From contig JAIYCU010000013.1 in the NCBI GenBank assembly GCA_027487835.1, positions 22,856-86,855 of the forward strand: a stretch of 64,000 nucleotides of DNA. Reading direction: 5' to 3'. The notes beneath the pieces were generated by a model. The model was not told the DNA's origin, searched no databases, and saw only the letters and a program-made list of their open reading frames with translations. The DNA comes from Bacteroidota bacterium (GTDB lineage Bacteria > Bacteroidota > Bacteroidia > UKL13-3). Below are positions 41,674 through 50,941 of the stretch, piece after piece. The position numbers and the translations under genes were made by a program. Position 1 is the stretch's first letter; each line of letters opens with the position of its first letter.

Positions 41674-42823
41674 ATATAAGGTACTTTGGTTTGACGATGA
41701 GCATGAATCTTTTGAATCACTCAAGGATGATGCGAATCAGAAAGGAATAAAACTTATAGGTTATACCAATGCAGAAGAGGGTATTGCCGAACTGGAATCA
41801 AACCTGATTTCTTTTGATGCCGTTATAGTGGATGGTAAGTTCTATAAAAATGCCAGCGCAACAGGTGATGCTGTGAATGATGGTGCATTATTTAACGTGG
41901 CAAGATTTCTGGACAAAAGAGAAGGTATCAAGAAAATCCCCTGGTTTATTTTTTCTGGTCAGCCAGATTTCCTAAACTCATCAAACCCTATTGCGGCTGA
42001 ATACAAAGGAAACAAAGTTTATAATAAGAACTTTGATGCAGATATTGAACAGTTATGGATGGATATTAAAAAGGAAGCCGACCAACAGCCAGATACGCAA
42101 ATTCGCCATAAGTACCATCGAGTTTTTGAAGTCTGCACAGAAAAGTATATTGGTGAACTTGCCTACCACGATTTACTCTCAATGTTAAAAAAAGAAAATT
42201 CCGAAAAAGCCTTTACAGATCCTAATCTTTATTTCAATCCATTAAGAAAAATAATGGATGATTTGTTTATGGCAAGTAATAAATACGGATTAATGCCCGA
42301 TGTGTTTGTAAAACCATCAGTTGCATTAAATGAATCAAGCAAGTTTCTTTCAGGTATTGTTGAGAAAGGATATAAATTAGATACTCCTGTTTTTCCAAAA
42401 GTTGTTTCCGATCATGTTCGCTGCATATTGGCAGTTTGTCAACCTGCTTCACACCGCTCCGAATTAGATAGCTTTATATCTCAAGTAAATACTCCTTACC
42501 TTTTAATGAGCGTAACCTACCAATTATTGGATGTATTGCTTTGGTTTAAAGACTTTATAGATGCCAATACCGATATAGTATTCAATAAGACTAAATATAT
42601 GCTTGTAGACACAAGTAGTTCTTCATGTGCAATTACAGGAACTATCGAACAAGATAGAAGTAAAAATTATCACTGTGGCGAAATAATAATTAATTACACT
42701 CAATTTAATAAAAACGGATTTAAAATAGGTGACACCATAAGAATTTTAAAAGTTGCTAATAATACCAACGAAAAAACAATGCATCAATATCCCAAAAATG
42801 CAGTGCAAACAGAGAAAATTTAA
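41657..42823 (+). CDS. receiver (REC) domain protein with uncharacterised C-terminal output
   Basis: KVLWFDDE, FDAVIVD (phosphoacceptor), FIFSG, YNK; overlaps the kinase stop by 17 bp (alternative ATG at 41666). Confidence 0.8.
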   Translation: MKSMNEYKVLWFDDEHESFESLKDDANQKGIKLIGYTNAEEGIAELESNLISFDAVIVDGKFYKNASATGDAVNDGALFNVARFLDKREGIKKIPWFIFSGQPDFLNSSNPIAAEYKGNKVYNKNFDADIEQLWMDIKKEADQQPDTQIRHKYHRVFEVCTEKYIGELAYHDLLSMLKKENSEKAFTDPNLYFNPLRKIMDDLFMASNKYGLMPDVFVKPSVALNESSKFLSGIVEKGYKLDTPVFPKVVSDHVRCILAVCQPASHRSELDSFISQVNTPYLLMSVTYQLLDVLLWFKDFIDANTDIVFNKTKYMLVDTSSSSCAITGTIEQDRSKNYHCGEIIINYTQFNKNGFKIGDTIRILKVANNTNEKTMHQYPKNAVQTEKI

Positions 42824-42835
42824 TTAGATAATATT

Positions 42836-45202
42836 ATGAACCAAGCAGTACACAATAAATCAATATCCTTCATTTGGTCAATAGCAGATGATTGTTTGCG
42901 TGATGTTTATGTGAGAGGAAAATACCGTGATGTAATTTTACCTATGGTGGTGCTTCGCAGGCTGGATGCTTTGCTTGAACCAACCAAGGCAGCCGTATTG
43001 GAAGAATTGGTTTTTCAAAAAGAAGAAGCCAAGTTTACCGAATGGGACGAAAACGGACTAAGACAAGCCAGTGGTTATGTGTTTTACAATACCAGCGAAT
43101 GGACCTTGCAACGCTTACACGATACTGCTACTAATAACCAACAAATTCTTCAAGCCAATTTTGAAGATTACTTGAATGGCTTTAGCGGAAACGTAAAAGA
43201 GATTATTGAAAAATTCAAACTTAAAAGCCAGGTAAGACACATGGCATCGAAAGATGTTTTGTTGAATGTCCTAGAGAAATTCACTTCTCCTTATATCAAC
43301 CTCACGCCTTTTGAAAAGAACGATCCTGACGGCCGTAAATTACCGCCTTTAACGAACTTGGGAATGGGTTATGTGTTTGAGGAATTGATTCGCAAATTTA
43401 ACGAAGACAATAACGAAGAAGCTGGGGAACACTTTACGCCTCGTGAGGTAATTGACCTCATGACCCACATTATTTTTGAACCAGTAAAAGACAAACTTCC
43501 TCCTGTAATGACCATTTACGACCCTGCATGTGGTAGTGGTGGTATGCTCACCGAATCTCAGAATTTTGTAAAGGATGAAGAGGGTGAAATAAAAGCAAAA
43601 GGCGATGTTTATTTGTATGGTAAAGAAATCAATGATGAAACGTATGCCATTTGCAAATCGGATATGATGATAAAGGGTAATAACCCAGAAAATATCAAGG
43701 TTGGCTCCACACTTTCAACAAATGAATTTTCTGGACATACTTTCGATTTTATGCTCTCCAATCCACCTTATGGTAAGTCATGGGCAAGTGAGCAAAAGTT
43801 TATCAAAGATGGCAAAGATATTATTGACCCTCGTTTTCAAATTAAACTGAAAAACTATTGGGGTATTGAGGAAGATGCGGACGCAACGCCTCGTTCTTCC
43901 GATGGCCAATTGCTGTTCCTGATGGAAATGGCGAACAAAATGAAACCATTAACTCAAAGTCCTTTGGGTTCTAGAATAGCTTCGGTGCATAATGGTAGTA
44001 GTTTATTTACTGGTGATGCTGGGGGTGGCGAAAGCAATATTCGCAGGTATATTATTGAAAACGATTGGCTGGAAGCCATTGTGCAAATGCCCAATAACTT
44101 GTTTTACAATACCGGTATTACCACCTATATCTGGATATTGAGCAACAACAAAGCAGCAAACCGCAAAGGCAAAGTGCAATTAATAGATGCAGGTTTATTG
44201 TTCCGTAAACTGCGTAAGAACTTAGGCAATAAAAACTGTGAATTTGCACCTGAACATATTCGTGAAATTGTTTCGGTATATGAAAAGATGCAATCTGTTG
44301 ACCGAGTAATTAATAGCGAAACTAAAGAAGAACAAGGAATAGCTTCAAAACTATTTGACAATACCGATTTTGGTTATTACAAAGTTACCATTGAACGACC
44401 TAAGCGATTAAAAGCACAATTTACTGCTGAACGAATTGCTGAATTACGTTTTGATAAAACCCTACGTGAACCAATGGCTTGGGCTTACGAAACCTTTGGC
44501 GAAAAAGTATATTCTGAAATAGCCAAACATGAAAAAGAAATTACTGAATGGTGTGAAAAAAACGAGTTAAACCTCAATGCCAAGCTAAGCAAAGCATTGG
44601 TAAGCGAAGCCCTTTGGACGAAACAATTGGAATTACTCAAAACCGCAACTGAATTAATGCAGGCCATTGGCAACGATGAATACAACGATTTTAATTTGTT
44701 CAGGGAAAAAGTAGATGAGGTATTGAAAGTTACGAAAACCAAACTCGCTGCTTCTGAAAAAAATGCCATTTTAAATGCAGTGAGCTGGTACGATGCCTCT
44801 GCTGAAAAGGTTATTAAAGGCACAACTAAATTAACCGGCGACAAACTGCAGCAACTGCTGGAGCACCTGTCCTGCAAAGAAACTGATTTAGCCAACTATG
44901 GCTATTTTGCTACCGATAAAAAGGGCGAATACATTGAATACGAAACCGAAAGCGATTTGCGTGATACCGAAAATGTGCCACTCAAAGAAAATATTTACGC
45001 TTACTTTTTGCGAGAAGTAAAACCCCATGTAGCCGAAGCCTGGATAAACTTAGATGCCACCAAAATTGGTTACGAAATAAGTTTCAATAAATACTTTTAC
45101 CGCCACAAACCTTTGCGTGCCATTGAAGAAGTAACCAACGATATTTTGAAACTAGAAGAATTGAGTGATGGTTTAATTCGTGAAATTTTAAATCTAGCTT
45201 AA
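42836..45202 (+). CDS. hsdM: type I RM methyltransferase subunit
   Basis: FIWSIADD, GEHFTPREV, YDPACGSGGML, NPPYG, FYNTGI, KIGYEISFNKYFY. Confidence 0.95.
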   Translation: MNQAVHNKSISFIWSIADDCLRDVYVRGKYRDVILPMVVLRRLDALLEPTKAAVLEELVFQKEEAKFTEWDENGLRQASGYVFYNTSEWTLQRLHDTATNNQQILQANFEDYLNGFSGNVKEIIEKFKLKSQVRHMASKDVLLNVLEKFTSPYINLTPFEKNDPDGRKLPPLTNLGMGYVFEELIRKFNEDNNEEAGEHFTPREVIDLMTHIIFEPVKDKLPPVMTIYDPACGSGGMLTESQNFVKDEEGEIKAKGDVYLYGKEINDETYAICKSDMMIKGNNPENIKVGSTLSTNEFSGHTFDFMLSNPPYGKSWASEQKFIKDGKDIIDPRFQIKLKNYWGIEEDADATPRSSDGQLLFLMEMANKMKPLTQSPLGSRIASVHNGSSLFTGDAGGGESNIRRYIIENDWLEAIVQMPNNLFYNTGITTYIWILSNNKAANRKGKVQLIDAGLLFRKLRKNLGNKNCEFAPEHIREIVSVYEKMQSVDRVINSETKEEQGIASKLFDNTDFGYYKVTIERPKRLKAQFTAERIAELRFDKTLREPMAWAYETFGEKVYSEIAKHEKEITEWCEKNELNLNAKLSKALVSEALWTKQLELLKTATELMQAIGNDEYNDFNLFREKVDEVLKVTKTKLAASEKNAILNAVSWYDASAEKVIKGTTKLTGDKLQQLLEHLSCKETDLANYGYFATDKKGEYIEYETESDLRDTENVPLKENIYAYFLREVKPHVAEAWINLDATKIGYEISFNKYFYRHKPLRAIEEVTNDILKLEELSDGLIREILNLA

Positions 45203-46506
45203 TGGGAACGGTAATAGATAATACTACTATTAAAAAATATCCAGCTTATAAAGATTCAGGAGTGGAATGGATTGAAGATGTTCCTTCTCATTGGGAAGTA
45301 AAAAAGTTTAAACGAGTTTTCTATGAAATAAAGAAACGTAGTAATCCTGAATTGAATTGCGGTTCGATAAGTTTTGGAAAAGTAGTTTACAAGGATGATG
45401 AAAAAATCCCTGAATCAACAAAGAGATCATATCAAGTTGTACAGAAAGGAGACTTTTTAGTAAACCCACTGAATCTAAATTATGACTTAATAAGCTTGAG
45501 AATTGCTTTATCAGATATTGATGTTGTTGTAAGTTCAGGTTATATTGTATTGAGCAATAGTGTTAAACTTGATAAAACATTTTATAAGTATTTTCTACAT
45601 CGATTTGATGTTGCATTTATGAAATTATTGGGTTCAGGTGTTAGGCAAACACTTAATTGGAATGACATTGCTAATTGTGATTTAATTTTTCCACCCCTTT
45701 CTGAACAAACCGCCATTGCAGCCTTTCTCGACCGCAAAACAGCCTTGATAGATCAAGCCATTGACATCAAACAAAAACAAATAGAACTACTCAAAGAACG
45801 TAGGCAAATACTCATTCACAAAGCCGTTACCCGTGGACTAAACCCCAATGTAAAACTAAAAGATAGCGGAGTGGAATGGATTGGGGAGATACCGGAGGGT
45901 TGGGGTATTTGTAAAATTAAACTTTTAATAGAGATTAAAGATGGCACACATGATACACCAGCATATGTCAATCCGGGTTTAGACACTTATCCTCTTGCTA
46001 CAACAAAACATGTCACAACCGGAGTTTTAAATTTAGAAGATGCTTCACACATAAGCTCAAATGATTATTTTGAAATAATTAAACGGTCAAATGTAGAAAA
46101 CGGTGATATTGTCATGCCAATGATAGGCACGATTGGCTCTCCTATTATTATAGTTACGGCAGATAAATTTGCTATTAAAAACTTAGCATTATTTAAAACG
46201 GCTAATTCAGAAAAGCTAAACAATCGTTTTTTGTATTACTTATTGCAATGTGATTTAATAAAAATACAATTTGAGTTAGTCTCAAATGGCGGAGTACTTG
46301 GCTTTATGTCATTAGGACAGCTAAGAAATCTAATTATTCCTAAACTTTCCTTAGATGAACAAATCGAAATTGTTAAAGAAATAGATAGTGCTGGCATAAA
46401 AATCACCACTGCAATTTCCCTCAAAGAGCAAGAAATAGAAAAGCTAAAAGAATACAAAGCCACCTTAATTAATAGTGCGGTAACGGGTAAAATAAAAGTT
46501 TGTTAG
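45202..46506 (+). CDS. hsdS: type I RM specificity subunit
   Basis: Two KDSGVEWI conserved regions, two TRDs, PPLSEQ, C-terminal AVTGKI. Confidence 0.95.
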   Translation: MGTVIDNTTIKKYPAYKDSGVEWIEDVPSHWEVKKFKRVFYEIKKRSNPELNCGSISFGKVVYKDDEKIPESTKRSYQVVQKGDFLVNPLNLNYDLISLRIALSDIDVVVSSGYIVLSNSVKLDKTFYKYFLHRFDVAFMKLLGSGVRQTLNWNDIANCDLIFPPLSEQTAIAAFLDRKTALIDQAIDIKQKQIELLKERRQILIHKAVTRGLNPNVKLKDSGVEWIGEIPEGWGICKIKLLIEIKDGTHDTPAYVNPGLDTYPLATTKHVTTGVLNLEDASHISSNDYFEIIKRSNVENGDIVMPMIGTIGSPIIIVTADKFAIKNLALFKTANSEKLNNRFLYYLLQCDLIKIQFELVSNGGVLGFMSLGQLRNLIIPKLSLDEQIEIVKEIDSAGIKITTAISLKEQEIEKLKEYKATLINSAVTGKIKVC

Positions 46507-46508
46507 GT

Positions 46509-46997
46509 ATGAAAGAAAACATGTTAGATAAACTAAAAACAGAAATTAAGAGTTTACAAAATTCTGTTTTAAAGCTTAAGGAGCATTTCCCTGCAAAGAA
46601 AAGTGGTTTTACCCTTGATGGTAGATTGGTTGGAGATATTGGAGAAATAGTAGCTCAAGAACTATTTCAAATTAAACTATATGAAAAGGTAGTTAAGTAT
46701 TATGATGCAGAAACAACCTATGAACCAAAGCTAAAGATTCAAATTAAAGCTACTTTTAAAGAAAGTTTGACTTATAACCATGAGCCTGATTATTATATTG
46801 GAATTAAACTTTTTGAAGATGGAAATTTTAAAGTAATTTATAATGGCCCAGGAAAATACATTTACCAAAATTATCAACACAGAAAGGGAATTGGAGAGCA
46901 GCTTTTGTTATTCCCAATAAAAAAATTGGAGGAAATTTCTTCCCGGATTAATGATAATGAGCGCATTTTGATAAAAGATGATTTGAATAATGAGTAA
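46509..46997 (+). CDS. DUF6998-like PD-(D/E)XK nuclease
   Basis: FTLDGRLVGDIGE...YDA...QIKAT; ATG 46509 preferred to TTG 46500. Confidence 0.65.
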   Translation: MKENMLDKLKTEIKSLQNSVLKLKEHFPAKKSGFTLDGRLVGDIGEIVAQELFQIKLYEKVVKYYDAETTYEPKLKIQIKATFKESLTYNHEPDYYIGIKLFEDGNFKVIYNGPGKYIYQNYQHRKGIGEQLLLFPIKKLEEISSRINDNERILIKDDLNNE

Positions 46998-47604
46998 TAA
47001 TTTTAATTGTATGACATCAATAGAAACAATAATCAAAGCAATAAATGCAACAACAAAAACTGTAAATCAGCATGAGGCGTATTCAAATAAGCCAGGACTT
47101 TATGCTTTTGTATTGGCCCCAAATTCTAATCTTAAAAGTTTTGGAAGCGGCAATCAAATTATTTATGTGGGTAAAGCAGAAGATAGTTTAAGGCAACGTG
47201 ACCTAAATACACACTTTAAGGATGGAAGAACTGGGCAATCAACTTTGAGGCGCTCAATTGGTGCTGTATTAAAAAATGAACTTAAAGCAGTCGCATTTAG
47301 CAGAAATGGAACACTAAATAGCCCCAATATTGACAATTATAAATTTGATTCCAAGGCTGAGAAACAACTTTCTATTTGGATGAAAGATAACTTACTAATT
47401 GGGTATTGGGAATATGATACTTCAAAAGAAAATAAGTCTCTGCGTGAAATTGAGGAACAGTTAATCATACATCTAAAACCAACCTTGGACCTAGATAAAA
47501 GAACTAAGGGATTCAATGTTTGTGCTGAGTTATTAACTCAATTGCGTCAAAAGTGCAAAGATGAAGCAAAGAAAAATGTTTTGGGTTATGTTGGGTATTT
47601 TTAA
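46990..47604 (+). CDS. GIY-YIG nuclease family protein
   Basis: PGLYAF...IYVGKA..LRQR...H...STLRRSIG, IEEQLI...KP. Confidence 0.75.
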   Translation: MSNNFNCMTSIETIIKAINATTKTVNQHEAYSNKPGLYAFVLAPNSNLKSFGSGNQIIYVGKAEDSLRQRDLNTHFKDGRTGQSTLRRSIGAVLKNELKAVAFSRNGTLNSPNIDNYKFDSKAEKQLSIWMKDNLLIGYWEYDTSKENKSLREIEEQLIIHLKPTLDLDKRTKGFNVCAELLTQLRQKCKDEAKKNVLGYVGYF

Positions 47605-47663
47605 GCATTAGAATTGTGGCTAATAAATAAAGTTGAACTAATTATATTTGAAAAAAAAAGATA

Positions 47664-49055
47664 ATGATAATTGAATTTAATACAATTGACGGTAAAAATC
47701 TGATTTTAGCACCATACAAAGTAGATGGAATTATAAATGGCGAAATTAAATATCAGTTGAGAGATGAGTTAGGTAAAATCTGGATGGAAGTTAAATTTGA
47801 GAATTCGACCTTTATTGTTGTAGATAAAAACGATACTATTTCAGATGATGATGATTTAATACAACTCAAATTAAATAAAGTTGCACTAGAAGTAATAGAG
47901 CAAGAGCAATCTGGCACAGGTTATACAGAAAGTATTATTGTAGAAGAGATAAGTCCTTATGACCCAGAAAAGATAAAAATCCACTCTAAGGCATTCAATT
48001 TGCGCTTAATTTCTGATATGATTGATGACGGAGATATTGATTTAGCTCCAGATTTTCAAAGAAACTTTGTTTGGAATAGTTTACAAAAATCTAGTCTAAT
48101 AGAATCTATATTGTTAAGAATTCCATTACCAATGTTTTACTTTTCGGAAGACGAAGAGGGAAGAATTACCGTTGTTGATGGATTACAAAGATTAACAACT
48201 ATAAAGGATTTTATGGAAAATAAGTTTCCACTTAAAGGCTTAGAATATTTAAAAAACTGTGAAGGAAAATTTTATTCTAATGTAGATAAGAATGGAAATT
48301 CTAATAGCAAAATTGCTATCGATTCAAAATATCAAAGATGGTTCAATCAAACACAATTTTCTGTTAATGTAATTGACCCATCCTCACCTCCTAAAGTAAA
48401 GTATGATATATTTAGACGTATTAATACAGGCGGGAAACCACTAAATAATCAAGAAATCAGAAATTGCCTAGCTGGTAAAGGATTAAGAGAGTTATTGCAA
48501 AAGATGGTAGAATTACAAGAATTTAAAACAGCTACCGACTATAGCATAAAGCCAACTAGAATGGATGACCAAGAGGTTGCTTTAAGGTTTGTCCTTTTTA
48601 GAAATTTAATTGGAGAAGATAATAACATTTCCAATTACACTGGATATATGGACTCAGAATTGGATGATTTAACTGAAGATTTGGTAAAATCTAGATTTGA
48701 AGACCTCGAGTTTCTTTTGGAAGAATTTTCATGGGCAATGGTAAATGCTGAATATTTATTTGGAAGGCGCTTCGCCTTTAGAAAAATAATCGTAAAAGAT
48801 ACACTGCCAACTTCCTACAAACAACTTATTAATAAAGCACTATTTGTGGCCTGTTCAGTTTTACTTTCCAAATTTAACCCTATTGAATTAAGGTCAAAAA
48901 ATGAAGCAAACAAATTACTTTTACCACTTGCTACTTTAATAGAAACAGACAGAACCTTATTAAATTACCTTTCTTATGGAACAAATGGCAAGGCTAACCT
49001 TAATTATGTGTTTAAGGCTATTGATAATTTGATTACAGACCAATTAAACTTATAA
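47664..49055 (+). CDS. DUF262 (ParB-like) protein, Menshen NsnA-like
   Basis: PDFQRNFVW, LIESILLRIP, VDGLQRLTT, IFRRINTGG.PLNNQEIRN. Confidence 0.85.
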   Translation: MIIEFNTIDGKNLILAPYKVDGIINGEIKYQLRDELGKIWMEVKFENSTFIVVDKNDTISDDDDLIQLKLNKVALEVIEQEQSGTGYTESIIVEEISPYDPEKIKIHSKAFNLRLISDMIDDGDIDLAPDFQRNFVWNSLQKSSLIESILLRIPLPMFYFSEDEEGRITVVDGLQRLTTIKDFMENKFPLKGLEYLKNCEGKFYSNVDKNGNSNSKIAIDSKYQRWFNQTQFSVNVIDPSSPPKVKYDIFRRINTGGKPLNNQEIRNCLAGKGLRELLQKMVELQEFKTATDYSIKPTRMDDQEVALRFVLFRNLIGEDNNISNYTGYMDSELDDLTEDLVKSRFEDLEFLLEEFSWAMVNAEYLFGRRFAFRKIIVKDTLPTSYKQLINKALFVACSVLLSKFNPIELRSKNEANKLLLPLATLIETDRTLLNYLSYGTNGKANLNYVFKAIDNLITDQLNL

Positions 49056-49056
49056 A

Positions 49057-50202
49057 ATGAGTCATTTAGAACTTGAAAATTTCAAATGCTTTACGAATAA
49101 AACTATTCCTTTAAATAAACTTACCATTTTAGCTGGTGCTAACGGAGGTGGAAAGAGTACAGTAATTCAAGCACTTCTTTTTTTAAGAAGAACTATTGAG
49201 CATTGTGCAAAATGGGAAGGAGATAATAAAAACCGCTATTATTATCTTGAAACGAACGGACTTAATGTTGAACTTAATGGTTCTTATTGTTTAGCATTAG
49301 GTACTAGTGACTTGATAATACCTAAAGAAAATCCCTCAGCAGACTTTTGTTCAATTAGTTTTGCGAACTATTCGGAATCTTTTCAGGTAGTTTATGAAAT
49401 TTCTGAAGAAACAAATCTATGGTTAAAACCCATTGAAGTGCATAACATGATGGTTCAAAATGAAATGCTATTTATTCAGGAGTTCTACTATTTAAATGCA
49501 GAAAGATTAGGACCACGAATTACACAAAGTGTCAAGTTTTTTGACTATCCAAATGCAGGGTATCAAGGGGAGTTTGTAGCACAATTAATTTCAGATACTG
49601 AGTCGAATTATAAATTTGAGGTAGATGAAAAAAGAAGAAATGGAAACTCAAAAAGTAAAAGGCTTGAACAACAAGTTAATGCTTGGTTAAATGAATTAAT
49701 GCCTGGAGTTTCAATAACAGCAAATTATGATAAAGCTACTCATTCTGCACAAATAAGAGTTTACAACTATTATACTAAAGGAGATACTACAATATCCACA
49801 AATATTGGCTTTGGAATTAGTTATGTTTTACCAATCATTGTAACAGGTCTGATAGCAAGGAGGGGTAGCTTAATGATAGTTGAAAATCCAGAGGCGCATT
49901 TACATCCATCCGCACAGTCTAAAATTGGACAATTTTTGGCCAAAATTGCGAATGCAGGCGTAAACATAATTGTTGAAACTCATAGTGACCATTTTGTAAA
50001 TGGAATACAAATTACTTGTGCAAAAAAAGAAATATCAAATGAGGATGTAACGATTAATTTTTTCAGTCAAAAAGAAGGAAATAAACAGCCAGAGATAGAA
50101 ACTATTTCAATCACTGAAAAGGGAGAATTAAGTAGTTGGCCAAAGGGATTTTTTGATCAAAGTCAAAAAGATTTTGCAGAACTATTTAAATTTAGAAAGT
50201 AA
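49057..50202 (+). CDS. ABC/AAA ATPase with DUF3696, Menshen NsnB-like
   Basis: NFKCF, GANGGGKS, GFGISYVLP, IVENPEAHLHP, ETHSDH, WPKGFFDQ. Confidence 0.9.
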   Translation: MSHLELENFKCFTNKTIPLNKLTILAGANGGGKSTVIQALLFLRRTIEHCAKWEGDNKNRYYYLETNGLNVELNGSYCLALGTSDLIIPKENPSADFCSISFANYSESFQVVYEISEETNLWLKPIEVHNMMVQNEMLFIQEFYYLNAERLGPRITQSVKFFDYPNAGYQGEFVAQLISDTESNYKFEVDEKRRNGNSKSKRLEQQVNAWLNELMPGVSITANYDKATHSAQIRVYNYYTKGDTTISTNIGFGISYVLPIIVTGLIARRGSLMIVENPEAHLHPSAQSKIGQFLAKIANAGVNIIVETHSDHFVNGIQITCAKKEISNEDVTINFFSQKEGNKQPEIETISITEKGELSSWPKGFFDQSQKDFAELFKFRK

Positions 50203-50939
50203 TGAGTAAATTATTTTTAGTAAATTCAACTATCGATCTAAAAAACTATGATGACTTCAAGCAAGGTATGCAAAATTTAGTTGCTATTGAGCAACGAGAA
50301 AATGACACTTTTTATAAAAATGAACGAATTTATGAAGTACCAATATTAAGTGATCTATACTCAAATTTCGGATATGCAGAACAAGAAATATCAAGATTTA
50401 TCGAACAAAATTTACAAAATTGCAAGCAAATTATTGAAGATGTAGTAACTGCCAAAAATTACTGCGATACAATTAATTTCGCCTTTTTAGGAATAAATTT
50501 TTCTAATTCGAATTTAATTGCTAGCTTACAAATAACTAATAATGACAGGTATATTTGGTGGTCTAATTCAAATCTAACGAATTTTGAAAAATTTAATATT
50601 CTTATACCCAATTCTATTTACCCAAAGAGTTTTGAAGCAGACTTTGAATTCTTATCGAATGAAACACAAAAAGCAATATTAGAAAAGCTAGAAACTTTAA
50701 AATCTCGAAATCTGGAGTCAATTTTTACACCTGGTTTTCAACTATTAAAAAACGTTACACAAGATAATTTTCGTTTTCAATTGCATGAGTTTAGACTATC
50801 ATCTCCAGTTGCTTTGCGTATTTATTTTAGTGTTTTAAAAGGGGTTGTCTTTTTTGGTTCTATAGAAAATAAATCTAACTCAAACCAAAATCAAGATATA
50901 AAATCTGCATATGAAATAATAAAAAAGCTTATTGGATAA
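50202..50939 (+). CDS. hypothetical protein with C-terminal RelE/ParE-like fold (NsnC position)
   Basis: LHEFRL...ALRIYF...KSNSNQNQDIKSA resembles RelE-like RNases; translationally coupled to the ATPase gene. Confidence 0.5.
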   Translation: MSKLFLVNSTIDLKNYDDFKQGMQNLVAIEQRENDTFYKNERIYEVPILSDLYSNFGYAEQEISRFIEQNLQNCKQIIEDVVTAKNYCDTINFAFLGINFSNSNLIASLQITNNDRYIWWSNSNLTNFEKFNILIPNSIYPKSFEADFEFLSNETQKAILEKLETLKSRNLESIFTPGFQLLKNVTQDNFRFQLHEFRLSSPVALRIYFSVLKGVVFFGSIENKSNSNQNQDIKSAYEIIKKLIG

Positions 50940-50941
50940 AT

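Noticed and set aside
45202-46506. Phase-variable hsdS shufflon
   Set aside because: Only one hsdS, with no silent TRD copies, inverted repeats or invertase; the internal repeats are the normal conserved regions.
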